IMG/VR virus record: IMGVR_UViG_2687453124_000003
Length of the DNA stretch: 20,000 nt
Origin: an uncultured virus (IMG/VR IMGVR_UViG_2687453124_000003)
Lineage: Duplodnaviria > Heunggongvirae > Uroviricota > Caudoviricetes
Reading direction: 5' to 3' (one strand)
Below are positions 1-9,300 of the stretch, piece by piece. The stretch's first letter is position 1. Each line of letters begins with the position of its first letter. The notes beneath the pieces were generated by a model. It worked only from the letters and a program-made list of their open reading frames with translations, was not told the origin of the DNA and did no database searches. A program made the position numbers and the translations under genes.

Positions 1-1930
1 GCATACCCAGCGAGCGACCAACGCGACCGACACGGATCAACAGATCCAAGTAGCCGGGACGTTCCTTGAGGAACTCACCGAACTCGTCGATGATGACGAT
101 CAAGTCCGGAAGCGGAGGCCAGCTTGGATCGTTCGGGTGCTTCTTCTGCTGCTCCCGGTAGTCGAAGATGTCCTTGCAACCCTTTTCGGTGGTGATGAAC
201 TCCTCGCGGCGATTCACTTCGCCGTTGATCACCGCACCGAGTCGGTCGACCAGCTCCATCGTGTTCTCAAGGTTGGAGATGGATGCCACGACATGTGGCA
301 GCCCGTCCATTCCCAGGAACGTTGCGCCGCCCTTGAAGTCGGCCAGGATCAGTGCGACTTTGTCCGGGCCGTACATGGCGATGAGCGCCAGCACTATCGC
401 GCGCAGGAAGTACGACTTACCCGATCCGGTACGTCCGGCCACCGCGCCGTGCGGGCCGTTGCCGTCGCGGTTCTCCTCGTAGAAGTTCAGGTAGGTCAGC
501 TCTGAGGTAAGTTCGTCGCCCTTGCGGTAGTAGCCGAACGGAACCTTGATTTCATCGGTATAGGCGTTGCGCTTCCACACTTCGATCAAGTCGTGGGTCT
601 CGATATCGCCGATCTCGAGTACTTCGAAGAAGTCCGGAATGTGGTCGGGGCGATCGTCAACCACAGCTCCGTTGACGCCATAGTTGCGTGGGCGCCATTT
701 GTACATGGCCCGTGCGAATACCTCGGCTTGCGCGATCGTCACCGAGTCCGCGGCGGCCGCGTCGTAGTCGTCGACTGTTGAGACGCGACCGTCCTTGAGC
801 AGAATGCGGCTCTTCATCTTTACGGGGTCGGTGACCAGGTCTTGGCCGTAGCGCACCACGAACCACGTCATGCCGTTGACTCCGCCGGAGATGTTCGCCG
901 GCCAGGACACCATCGCGTCGGGCAGATCGATGATTAGCAGCAGGTGTGGTGGGCGCTCGTCGCTGGCCTCATTGCGCATCCGCTCGATCTGCGCCGCGTG
1001 CATCGCTGCGAATTCGTCGAGGCTGCGCCATGTGAGCAGCCGCGCGCCCAGCCCCTTTTCAACCCGCGTCACATCTTCGGTATGTGGCAGCCACTTCACC
1101 CATTCCCACGTCTTGGGGTCGTTGGTCACCACGCCGATGTTCAGATCACTGGGCCGATGGTTGAACGCCAGCGACATAAGCATGGCCCGTACAAGCCCTA
1201 GCCTGCCTTCCTCGTCACCGCGCATCGCATAGGCGGGAAACTCGTTGAGCCGCACATCGATCGGAAGGTTGGCCACTACAGACAACGTGTTGATGGCGCG
1301 GTCGTAGCGCACCATTGTCGCCGGTTCCTGCATCTCGGGGACGACGTCGTCCGCCTGGATCAGCTTGGGATACAAGGGCGCCACACCGATCCCGACACGG
1401 GCACGCAGGTATGGGTTGGACGTCAGATTCTTGACGTCCGGGTCCGATTCAACGGCTGGCGCAACTACCCGGCCGATGTCGAGATTACGGTCGGCCTGCC
1501 ACATCTCGTGAGTGCCGACCAGCGACAGAAGGTCAGCCGGATGCGGGAAGCACATGGTACGTAGGTCGTGCATAGCGCGGCCCTGGTCGTAGATCTCGAA
1601 ACGCCTCTCGCGCAGCTCGAGATCGTATTCCTCTATCTCTTGGTCGATGTCGCCCCCGCTGCTGCCCTGGTTGCGCATCTGCATGGCGTACATCAGCGGC
1701 ATCATGAGCATGAGCGGCATGCTGGAGAGCATGGTGACGATGGCGCGCTGACCGGTGACCAGTGACATCACCACCATGCCGATCATCACGGCGACCATGA
1801 TCAAAGGCATTGCGCGAAGCCAAATGGGCCGCTTGTCCGGAGCGGGCAAGCCGAGCGGTTCCTTGATCTGCACACCGGTGGGCAACAGCTGAACTGACTC
1901 TCGCGGCGGTGCCCGGAAAACGGTAAACAT
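1..1930 (-). CDS. eccC: Type VII secretion FtsK/SpoIIIE ATPase EccC (EccCa-like), 3' end runs off the window
   Basis: ATG at 1930 with upstream GGAAGGAA RBS. Manual translation MFTVFRAPPRES... shows two N-terminal hydrophobic helices, Walker A GRTGSGKS (~415-440) and Walker B LIVIIDEF (~80-105). Lies directly downstream of eccB. Confidence 0.9.
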   Translation of the reverse strand, partial: MFTVFRAPPRESVQLLPTGVQIKEPLGLPAPDKRPIWLRAMPLIMVAVMIGMVVMSLVTGQRAIVTMLSSMPLMLMMPLMYAMQMRNQGSSGGDIDQEIEEYDLELRERRFEIYDQGRAMHDLRTMCFPHPADLLSLVGTHEMWQADRNLDIGRVVAPAVESDPDVKNLTSNPYLRARVGIGVAPLYPKLIQADDVVPEMQEPATMVRYDRAINTLSVVANLPIDVRLNEFPAYAMRGDEEGRLGLVRAMLMSLAFNHRPSDLNIGVVTNDPKTWEWVKWLPHTEDVTRVEKGLGARLLTWRSLDEFAAMHAAQIERMRNEASDERPPHLLLIIDLPDAMVSWPANISGGVNGMTWFVVRYGQDLVTDPVKMKSRILLKDGRVSTVDDYDAAAADSVTIAQAEVFARAMYKWRPRNYGVNGAVVDDRPDHIPDFFEVLEIGDIETHDLIEVWKRNAYTDEIKVPFGYYRKGDELTSELTYLNFYEENRDGNGPHGAVAGRTGSGKSYFLRAIVLALIAMYGPDKVALILADFKGGATFLGMDGLPHVVASISNLENTMELVDRLGAVINGEVNRREEFITTEKGCKDIFDYREQQKKHPNDPSWPPLPDLIVIIDEFGEFLKERPGYLDLLIRVGRVGRSLGM

Positions 1931-1950
1931 GAGTGTTCCTTCCTTGGCGG

Positions 1951-3684
1951 TCAGCGACCGGCAGTTGAGGGATCGTTGACGGCGGGCACAGGCGTGGCGG
2001 TCTCACCGCTTGCATTGGCCGCGGGATCAGCGGTGGGCGGGCCCGGTTGTTGTGGGGACGAGGGTTCTTGCTCTTCTTCTTCTTCGGAAGGCGGGGGCGG
2101 CGGCGGTTGCCCTTGCGTAGAAGGCGGATTCGGAACCTGGGATGAGGGGTTGATGGTTCCTTGCATGACTTGGGCGTTCTTGATCGACAAGGTCGCGCCA
2201 GGGGCATAGAGCTTGGCAACAGCCGCCGGAATCGGTGTCGGCGAAATCGAATCGAATCCCAGCGCTTTGACGGTTGGGTCATACGAGACTCCGCCGTTGC
2301 GCGCGATTACCACGTCGATGGGGAATCGAGTTCCGTTGGGGTCGATCCACAGCAGTTGCTCCGCTGCAACTGAATCGGTGCTGTCGCCGGTGATGCGCGC
2401 GTACCAGCCGTAACCGGGACGGGTGATTGAATCGGTCGCCTGATCAGTGGTTCCGTTGTTCGGCAGTAGGTGTACTGCCGACACCCGGCCCGACTCGGTA
2501 ACTGGCATACGCGAATTGGTGAAAATCCGGGTATGAGCTGTGAGTTCACCGACGGTCTTGGTCCAGCTCCAGCACAGGGCAGGCTCACTGACCAGCGTCG
2601 GCACCTGAGCGGGGAAACGTGAATCGTCCACGATTGCGATCCGCGGCATCGCCTGCACCGAGGCCGGGTCGTCGACGAGCTTCTGCGCGGCTCCCGTGTT
2701 GATCATCATCTGCGCGAGAACAGGACTGACTTGCTGTACTCCCCCAGACCCGACCAGGTAAAAGGCCCGCGCCCCTGAGGCGGTTGTCACTGTCAGCACA
2801 TCGCCGATGGCTGAACCGTTCACTGTCGGGCTGGGCTGGCCCTGGTTGACGAGCCTTGGCGCGGTGAGCACCGGCGAGGGAGCGATCGTGGCGAGCAGCG
2901 AGGGAGAGACGGTCACTGCGGATTCGATCAGCGATGGTGTCAGGCCCAGCGCGGCCTGGGCGGCATAGTCGCCGCGACCGACTTCTGCCCGAGTGTCCCG
3001 ATACAGCAGCCACAACCGCGTCGGGTCACCAGCGGGTTTAACCAACACCGCGCGGGTGTTTCCCAGATCAGTTCCACCATCGAGCATGTCGTCTCCGGCG
3101 ATCACAGCTGTGGTGATGTCGCCGGTCTTGAGCAGCGAGAGCGGTACCGCGGTGTCACGCCAGTCGCACACGGTCCACACCGCTGTTTCATCAGTTCGGG
3201 GCGACAACAGATTCGGCGCGCTGGGGATGCCCATGAGCGGGCCGGTGGGCAGCGAACGCAGCGCTGCGTCGGTGGCCACTTTGGCTTCCTCCGGCTTGCC
3301 GACGATCAGGCGTGCCGAAGCCAGGTTGGTTACTGGGTGCAGCCGGCCGTTGAACTGAACGAAGATGCCGCCGGAACGAGTTGTCATGATCGCGGCGACG
3401 CCTGAATCGGGCTTGGGGTTGATCAGCGAGACGATGAAGGCCGCCACGAGAACAAGCACGCCGCCCACGAGGCTCACTGACAGCGACCCCCGCAGACGAG
3501 TCAGGGGCGAGCCGACACCGCGCACATCCTGACGCGACAGTGCTTCGTCGATGCGATTGAGTTCACGCTTGTACCCTTTGATCTGGCGACCGGTGGTCAC
3601 GTACCAAGGCACTGCTGTATCGGTGCGATTGCGTGCACGCTTGGGCCCCTCGGCCTGTCGGCCATCGGCAGAATTCCCGGCCAC
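1951..3684 (-). CDS. eccB: Type VII secretion membrane protein EccB
   Basis: TTGRQIKGY N-terminal motif, single TM helix, LHPVTNLASARLI and GIPSAP motifs, W-T-V-C-D and LCWSW cysteines, Pro/Glu-rich tail. GTG at 3684 is preceded by GAAGGAG (the ORF track starts at 3750). Confidence 0.92.
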   Translation of the reverse strand: MAGNSADGRQAEGPKRARNRTDTAVPWYVTTGRQIKGYKRELNRIDEALSRQDVRGVGSPLTRLRGSLSVSLVGGVLVLVAAFIVSLINPKPDSGVAAIMTTRSGGIFVQFNGRLHPVTNLASARLIVGKPEEAKVATDAALRSLPTGPLMGIPSAPNLLSPRTDETAVWTVCDWRDTAVPLSLLKTGDITTAVIAGDDMLDGGTDLGNTRAVLVKPAGDPTRLWLLYRDTRAEVGRGDYAAQAALGLTPSLIESAVTVSPSLLATIAPSPVLTAPRLVNQGQPSPTVNGSAIGDVLTVTTASGARAFYLVGSGGVQQVSPVLAQMMINTGAAQKLVDDPASVQAMPRIAIVDDSRFPAQVPTLVSEPALCWSWTKTVGELTAHTRIFTNSRMPVTESGRVSAVHLLPNNGTTDQATDSITRPGYGWYARITGDSTDSVAAEQLLWIDPNGTRFPIDVVIARNGGVSYDPTVKALGFDSISPTPIPAAVAKLYAPGATLSIKNAQVMQGTINPSSQVPNPPSTQGQPPPPPPSEEEEEQEPSSPQQPGPPTADPAANASGETATPVPAVNDPSTAGR

Positions 3685-3837
3685 CGCAACTCCTTCTTCG
3701 CCAAGCCAGCCGGCCAGGCGGCCGGTCTCGATGCGTGGGGAGGGTGGCAAAAACCAGCGACTACAGCAGCCCGCGGCGCGAGGTGCGACAAAAGGGCAGC
3801 CGCGTCTGGCACCGCTGTTCAGACAAGCCGTGGTGTA

Positions 3838-3854
3838 TTCTCCGTTTTAGAGAA
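3838..3854. promoter_or_regulatory. Palindromic operator TTCTC-N7-GAGAA in the divergent eccB/XRE intergenic region
   Basis: TTCTC-CGTTTTA-GAGAA. The same motif recurs at 4877, 7314 and (one mismatch) 7719. Confidence 0.6.
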
Positions 3855-3883
3855 CTTGCGTTGTATACCAGGAGGCATGCCTT

Positions 3884-4186
3884 ATGCGCACCGACTCCGC
3901 CACACCCAAGAGGGCAGGCGGCCCACTATTGCTGACGGATTCAGCCATCGGCGCAGCAATCCGCAGCCGCCGAGGCGAGGTTCAACAAGGTGAAGTGGCT
4001 AGACGCGCAGGGCTCAATCTCAGCGTGTACTCCCGCATCGAGCGTGGTGAACGGCCCTGCCGCGTATCAGAAATGGTGAGCATCGCCAAGGCGCTCAACA
4101 CCCCTGAAGACGAGATGCTCAAACTGATCAGGGAGCACGTCGCCGAGCAAGAGGCAGCGAAAAGCCTCAGGAAAAGCAATGGTTGA
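3884..4186 (+). CDS. XRE-family helix-turn-helix regulator
   Basis: QQGEVARRAGLNLSVYSRIERGER HTH_3-type signature; AGGAGG RBS. Confidence 0.88.
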   Translation: MRTDSATPKRAGGPLLLTDSAIGAAIRSRRGEVQQGEVARRAGLNLSVYSRIERGERPCRVSEMVSIAKALNTPEDEMLKLIREHVAEQEAAKSLRKSNG

Positions 4187-4805
4187 CAGCGCACTACACA
4201 TCGGAATCGACATCGACGGAGTGCTGGCCGACTATATGGCCGGAGTCGCCGCCGTTGGCCAGAGCATGGGGCTGACGATGGACGGATCGGCGAGCGGACC
4301 CACCAAATACGGCCTAGTGGAGCTCGGTTGGTTTCCTGACGATGAATCCGCGTCGAAGGCAATGGCCCAGTTGCGCGACAGCGGAGGCCTGCGCAAACTA
4401 GCGCTGCTTGACGCCGGAGCCGCCGCGGCTATCAGGCGCTTGCGCATTGCCGGCCATCGCGTATCGATCGTGACCGCCCGGCATTCCGGCGGACGCTACT
4501 CACAGTCGCGCGACGAGCAGCGCATCGCGCGCGAAACCATCGACTGGCTGACAGAACACGAAATCTTGCCCGACGACCTGAGATTTGAGCGGCGCAAGAG
4601 CGTGGTCGGCTGCCAGATCTACATCGATGACGCACCACACATCATCGAGGAACTGCGCCAGAACGGTCGCCGCGCCGTTGTCTACGACCAGCCGTACAAC
4701 CGACACCTGCCAGGTGAGCGCGTATCCAATATGACTGAATTCGCCGAATTGGTCCTGGCCGCAGCCGATGAACCCAAAACCGTAGGTGCGAAAGCATCGT
4801 TCTAG
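4179..4805 (+). CDS. HAD-superfamily 5'(3')-deoxyribonucleotidase-like (NT5C-like) protein
   Basis: Motif I DIDGVLAD, VTAR motif II, IYIDD motif IV and QPYN C-terminal motif; overlaps the XRE stop codon. Confidence 0.82.
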   Translation: MVDSALHIGIDIDGVLADYMAGVAAVGQSMGLTMDGSASGPTKYGLVELGWFPDDESASKAMAQLRDSGGLRKLALLDAGAAAAIRRLRIAGHRVSIVTARHSGGRYSQSRDEQRIARETIDWLTEHEILPDDLRFERRKSVVGCQIYIDDAPHIIEELRQNGRRAVVYDQPYNRHLPGERVSNMTEFAELVLAAADEPKTVGAKASF

Positions 4806-4876
4806 GCCCACGAACGAGTCTGCTGCCCCTAATCGCTGGCGAGCCCATCGGCCGGAGATGTCAGAGTGTCCTGATA

Positions 4877-4893
4877 TTCTCTAAAATAGAGAA
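4877..4893. promoter_or_regulatory. Palindromic operator TTCTC-N7-GAGAA
   Basis: TTCTC-TAAAATA-GAGAA just upstream of the 4903/4909 start. Confidence 0.6.
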
Positions 4894-4908
4894 ATAGATG
4901 AGGTGGTC

Positions 4909-5265
4909 ATGAAGCAACTAGCTCGCCAAGAGAGCAGCACTGAGAACACGACAACTCAGCCCTCCTTCATATGTGGGTTCGACGACGGAGCGAGGTCCAC
5001 TGCGTGCACCAATCCGGCTCCCGACGATGCCAGTTATTGCAGCCAGCACGACCCTGAGGTAGTCACTATCGAACGCAGCTACCTGGTCCGAGTGGTACAG
5101 ACCTACACCGGCAGACTCCCCGAAAGCCGGGAGGAACGTACTGACGATGTCGACCAGTTCATTTGCGACAACTTTCTTTTGGTCAGCGACGAAACCGAGA
5201 CCGTCGACGAGGACGAACTTCAGGTGATCCTGCGACACCCCGATGGATCAGCCGAAGCGCTCTGA
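4909..5265 (+). CDS. Hypothetical acidic protein with Cys/His cluster (possible Zn finger)
   Basis: ATG 4909 after GAGGTGG RBS; C..C..YCSQH pattern. Confidence 0.65.
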   Translation: MKQLARQESSTENTTTQPSFICGFDDGARSTACTNPAPDDASYCSQHDPEVVTIERSYLVRVVQTYTGRLPESREERTDDVDQFICDNFLLVSDETETVDEDELQVILRHPDGSAEAL

Positions 5266-5310
5266 AATCTCCATTGACGCCACATCCACAACCCGAGAGG
5301 AACTCGGCTC

Positions 5311-5568
5311 ATGGCCAACGCAACGCACACGGTTCGGACAATCACTGAGCACCGGTTCACCGTGCCATGCGAATCGCCTCACGGCGGGAACTGGCAGGAC
5401 TTCGACGTCGCACGCGCGATGGCCGAGAACGTCGCACGTGAGCAGGGCATCAACACCGGGACCGACGGTTGGTCTCGGCTGCGCTGCGAAGATGATCAGT
5501 TGGTGATCGTCTTGACCATTGAAGGGCCGGACGAACTACCACCAGCTCATAGGCCTGGCAATGTCTGA
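5311..5568 (+). CDS. Hypothetical protein
   Basis: GAGAGGA RBS; 85 aa; stop overlaps the next ATG. Confidence 0.7.
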   Translation: MANATHTVRTITEHRFTVPCESPHGGNWQDFDVARAMAENVAREQGINTGTDGWSRLRCEDDQLVIVLTIEGPDELPPAHRPGNV

Positions 5569-6037
5569 GCCCCCAACACTGCCCCCGTTCAGCGGTTATC
5601 CGCTGGATATGTTTGCGCCCATTGACATGGAGCGCCCCGGCCTCCAGCCACCGGACACTCCCCTGGTTCGCATCCTGCGCCGCGGCCGCTCCGCCTACGA
5701 AGGTGGAGCTGTCAACTGGTTACATGAGGCCCGCGACGAGGTGAGCCGCCACAGTGAGACGGACTTCTTCGAACGATCGACTCAGCAGTGGGCGCATCCA
5801 CCCGACGCCGATGGTTGGTTCTACAGCTACTGGAGCTATCCGGTACACAGTTGCGATCACGGCTGCGACGAGGAGCCCTTCGTCGATGTACGTGCCGTGC
5901 GCTGGGTGAACGCCGACCAGATCCCCGAGGGCGAACGCCACGTCGCGGGTCGACCGCTGAACCCAGATGGAACGCCGCATCAGCGCCGGCCCCAATCGAC
6001 TCGTCGCCGCGGCTTCGCCCAAATCGCAGTCAACTAG
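5561..6037 (+). CDS. Hypothetical Trp-rich protein
   Basis: ATG 5561 overlaps the upstream stop (ATGTCTGA), consistent with translational coupling. Confidence 0.65.
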   Translation: MSEPPTLPPFSGYPLDMFAPIDMERPGLQPPDTPLVRILRRGRSAYEGGAVNWLHEARDEVSRHSETDFFERSTQQWAHPPDADGWFYSYWSYPVHSCDHGCDEEPFVDVRAVRWVNADQIPEGERHVAGRPLNPDGTPHQRRPQSTRRRGFAQIAVN

Positions 6038-6083
6038 ACCCGCACTTTCTGCGTATCCGCAATTTCTGCGGTATTGTATCGCC

Positions 6084-6476
6084 ATGGATGACAGATACGA
6101 CCAGATTCGCGAGGAGCTGCGCCAGGCCGAAAGCGCCACCGCTGCCGGCTCTCTGCCGCATCTTCGCGTTGCGGTCGATTTGGCGAGCCAGCTGATCGAC
6201 GAGCACATGGCCGAAGCTGTTATCGACGGGAAACTCAGCATTCGCGCTGCCGGCGCCCAGGTCGGGCTGACCGAGAACTCGGTGGGACCGCGGCTGGCGC
6301 GAACCCCACAACTGAATCCCTACGCACGCGGTGACGGGCGGGTCACCGCGTCGGAGATCAATCGGGCCCGCTACGACCGCGAGGCCGGAATCCCCGCGCC
6401 GACACCAGCGGAGCAGCCCGAACCACTGCGATTCAAACCGCGCCGCAACAACACTCAACCCAAGGAGACGAAATGA
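6084..6476 (+). CDS. Hypothetical protein, possible HTH DNA-binding protein
   Basis: MDDRYDQ start; SIRAAGAQVGLTENSVGPRL is HTH-like; coupled to the vWA gene. Confidence 0.7.
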   Translation: MDDRYDQIREELRQAESATAAGSLPHLRVAVDLASQLIDEHMAEAVIDGKLSIRAAGAQVGLTENSVGPRLARTPQLNPYARGDGRVTASEINRARYDREAGIPAPTPAEQPEPLRFKPRRNNTQPKETK

Positions 6477-7111
6477 CCAACCCTGACCTCACCTGGATTC
6501 TGTTCCTACTCGACCGCTCCGGATCGATGAGGCGGATCAAAAAGGCCACCGAAGAGGGTTTCGATGCCTTTATCGCCGAGCAGCGCAAGGCGCCCGGCCA
6601 GTGCGCGGTAACACTGGCCCAGTTCGATACCGAATACGAAGTTGTCTACTCCCAGAGGCCACTCGATGAGGTTCCGCCGCTGACTCTGGTACCGCGCAAC
6701 AGCACGGCTCTGCTCGACTCGATGGCCAACCTGATTGTGGAATCTGGGCTTCAGCTCGCAGAGCTGCCCGAAGCAGAGCGTCCAGGCACAGTGATCGTGG
6801 CGATCATGACCGACGGGCTGGAGAACGCAAGTCGCGAGTGGACGCACCCCATGCTCAAGGAGCTGGTTCAGCAGCAGACCGAGCAGTACGGCTGGCAGTT
6901 CCTGTACATGGGAGCCAACCAAGACGCGATCGAGGAAGGCGCCAAGCTTGGAGTGTCTGGTGACTACTCACTCGATTTCGCCGGGGCCAACGTGGGGCAG
7001 GCGATGACTGTCACCTCGCAGAATGTCGTGTCATATCGATCGGCGCGGTCTACCGATCTGACCGCGTCGATGCCGACATACACCGCCGAACAGCGGCGCT
7101 CATCAAAGTAG
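6473..7111 (+). CDS. von Willebrand factor A (vWA) domain protein
   Basis: MIDAS DRSGS, TALLD, IMTDGLENAS and FLYMGAN motifs; AAGGAG RBS. Confidence 0.9.
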   Translation: MTNPDLTWILFLLDRSGSMRRIKKATEEGFDAFIAEQRKAPGQCAVTLAQFDTEYEVVYSQRPLDEVPPLTLVPRNSTALLDSMANLIVESGLQLAELPEAERPGTVIVAIMTDGLENASREWTHPMLKELVQQQTEQYGWQFLYMGANQDAIEEGAKLGVSGDYSLDFAGANVGQAMTVTSQNVVSYRSARSTDLTASMPTYTAEQRRSSK

Positions 7112-7313
7112 GCACACACCGCGACCGGCGTCTGGGGGTAGACCCCAGGCCCGGTCGCTTCTGCATGGTCAGACATGGCTCCTGGGCACAGCATCTGCTG
7201 CGAATTGATCCAGCTGCGGCCTCGCTGCTCCAGGTGCAAATAACAGCAAGAGACATCACGATGTTGTCACGTCCCTGGCGTGGTTCCCTTGGCTAGCGCG
7301 CTACCAGGGGATA

Positions 7314-7330
7314 TTCTCCGCATTAGAGAA
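7314..7330. promoter_or_regulatory. Palindromic operator TTCTC-N7-GAGAA
   Basis: TTCTC-CGCATTA-GAGAA upstream of the second XRE gene. Confidence 0.6.
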
Positions 7331-7352
7331 TTTCTGGCCCCGAAAGGACCCT

Positions 7353-7628
7353 ATGCCTGTCTCTCCGCAGCGGAAGTTCGAGCTACAGGATTCAGCTGTC
7401 GGTGACGCCCTCAACGCGGCGCGCCGGAAGGCTCAGCTCGAGTTGCAGGACGCGGGACCGCTCGCCGGCCTTGATTGGCGAGTCCTTTCACGCATCGAGC
7501 GCGGCGAGCGACCCTGCCGTGTGACCGAGCTCGTGGCTCTCGCCGCCGCCTATTCACGCCCGCCGGAAACGATCCTGCTCGCAGCGACCGGGGACCCAGA
7601 AGCATGGAAAGAGCTTCTCAACCCGTAG
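7353..7628 (+). CDS. XRE-family HTH regulator, paralog of 3884..4186
   Basis: Shares DSA(I/V)G and SRIERGERPCRV.E.V with the first XRE; GAAAGGA RBS. Confidence 0.85.
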   Translation: MPVSPQRKFELQDSAVGDALNAARRKAQLELQDAGPLAGLDWRVLSRIERGERPCRVTELVALAAAYSRPPETILLAATGDPEAWKELLNP

Positions 7629-8518
7629 CAGTCCGATTCCCCGGAGCACGGCACCAACCCAATCTCGCCGATCACATCGTCGAAGGTTCCAAGCAAATCG
7701 CCTGCAATCTCGTTCGATATCTCTATAACCGAGAACGCATCGATTGCACCAACATCTTTAGCGGTGGCCAGACGCTACACCGCCTGATCAGCTGAAACCA
7801 CACTCTGCGGCCAAACGCAGCGCCTCACCTCCCCGAATTTAGCTGGGCAATGTCGCTGACCAGTGATACCGTCAGCTCGTGACTTTGATACGCCTCGACC
7901 AGCGAGTTGCCGGGATGCAGACAGCATCACCGGCGGCTTTGTCGTGGCTGGAATCGGTCATCAAGACCCAAGAGCTCTCCACGGCCACGAGCCACGATTT
8001 CGGCCAGCCCAGACGCTTCCGGTCACCCCGATATGACCTATCCGCCCTCCCCGTGGGCGAGCGCCCCGATCGGAAGCAAGGGCCAGGGAACAAATCTCAT
8101 AAAAATCTCAATATTTGCGTTTCTGCTGATAGGGATGTCCGCTGACACTCCCTTAGTTCATCACGCTTTGAATTACCTTGCCGCACAGCCGATTTAGATA
8201 AATTGTGCTTTACAAGACTCGTATTCCGTAGCACCATCATGTTCAGCACGAACGAGAAGATCGCTCGATTCGCTGCCGCACGCGGGACGCTAAGGCGTTC
8301 TCCTGCCAGGACTTTGAAAACTCCAGAGTGTGTGATGCACCGCCCCTCACGAGGGTCGATGAACAAGCCGTCTCGGCGCCCGGGGCTCCCAAGAGAGTCA
8401 ATGACCGGTCAGCCAGTCGAGCATGCTCATCCTCAATCCTCCTGTCGGGGCGGTCCGCCGGGCGCCGCCATGCGCCCGGCCCTCATGCCAGCTTTCCGTT
8501 AGGAAGCAGGTATGAGTT

Positions 8519-8560
8519 CCGTTTGGTTGGATTGGTGTCAAATCCATTGCAACCAAACGG
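8519..8560. repeat. 11-bp inverted repeat immediately before the first tRNA
   Basis: CCGTTTGGTTG (8519-8529) / CAACCAAACGG (8550-8560). Confidence 0.7.
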
Positions 8561-8564
8561 ATAT

Positions 8565-8638
8565 GCGCCTCTAGCTCATCTGGCCAGAGCACCTGACTCT
8601 TAATCAGGGGGTACGGGGTTCGAGACCCCGGGGGCGTA
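8565..8638 (+). tRNA. tRNA-Lys(CTT)
   Basis: Cloverleaf; anticodon arm CCTGA-CTCTTAA-TCAGG. Confidence 0.93.
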
Positions 8639-8640
8639 CG

Positions 8641-9124
8641 TAGCGTGACGTGCGGTGGAGTAGACCGCACACGTACCAGCGGGTGGTGCCGGGTACTGGG
8701 TACGCGGCCAAGGTGCCGCAACCGACCACCAATCGGCTCCTACCCACTCGCAGATTCTTCCGGTGTCAGAACCGGTTGGGGTGTGGGGACGGCACCCATA
8801 GGCGCGAGGTATACCGCCAACCGTCCACGGCTCGATTGCTCCGATCCCACTCCTCCTTCGCAAGGCGGAGCGGCGCGGCATCTCACCGCGAAACGACAAC
8901 CCGTTCACCCAGTAGGGGCACCTAACGGTGAGCGGCACGGTGCAGGGTAAGACACCTTCGAGTGGGTCGAATCAGAGAGGGACACCGGCACACCGGTGTG
9001 GCGCCGTGGACAGACACGGGGGCGATAATGCAGCCCTTGACGGAGCAGGAGCCGCCTCGTTCTGGCGGCAGGCTAGAAATCCGAACACCGAGTGGTCCCG
9101 TCGGGCGCAACAATCCGGGACACT
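8641..9124 (+). ncRNA. Unidentified large, highly structured ncRNA candidate (~480 nt)
   Basis: No convincing ORF; more than 10 hairpins plus nested long-range stems; exactly bounded by tRNA-Lys and tRNA-Gly. Confidence 0.6.
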
Positions 9125-9196
9125 GCGAGCGTGGTCCAATGGCTACGACCTCAGACTTCCAATCTGATGATGCGGGTTCGATTCCCGTCGCTCGCT
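9125..9196 (+). tRNA. tRNA-Gly(TCC)
   Basis: TCAGA-CTTCCAA-TCTGA; U73. Confidence 0.93.
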
Positions 9197-9198
9197 CT

Positions 9199-9300
9199 TG
9201 GTGCCCACGACGGTGGGTAGGGACAGAGGACGGTCCCTTCGCCACGGGGTTCGATTCCCCGCGTTGGCTTCGGCCCGCGGTGCGGAACTGGTGATGCCAG
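9199..9300 (+). ncRNA. Circularly permuted tRNA-like element (YrlA-like topology), candidate
   Basis: T arm CGGGG-TTCGATT-CCCCG, then a 7-position acceptor-like stem closed by UUCG, then a D-loop-like GCGGAACTGGTGA. Confidence 0.45.

Noticed and set aside
137..3358. Alternative-frame ORFs over eccB/eccC, including 1533..2282
   Set aside because: Shadows of the long ESX reading frames.
7630..8515. Possible replication origin or pseudogene in the intergenic stretch with an AT-rich patch (~8090-8210)
   Set aside because: No iterons, DnaA-box cluster or convincing ORF found.
8641..9124. tmRNA, RNase P RNA, Ms1 or self-splicing intron
   Set aside because: No tRNA-like ends or tag ORF, no GAGGAAAGUCC, no recognisable Ms1 or intron core motifs by eye.
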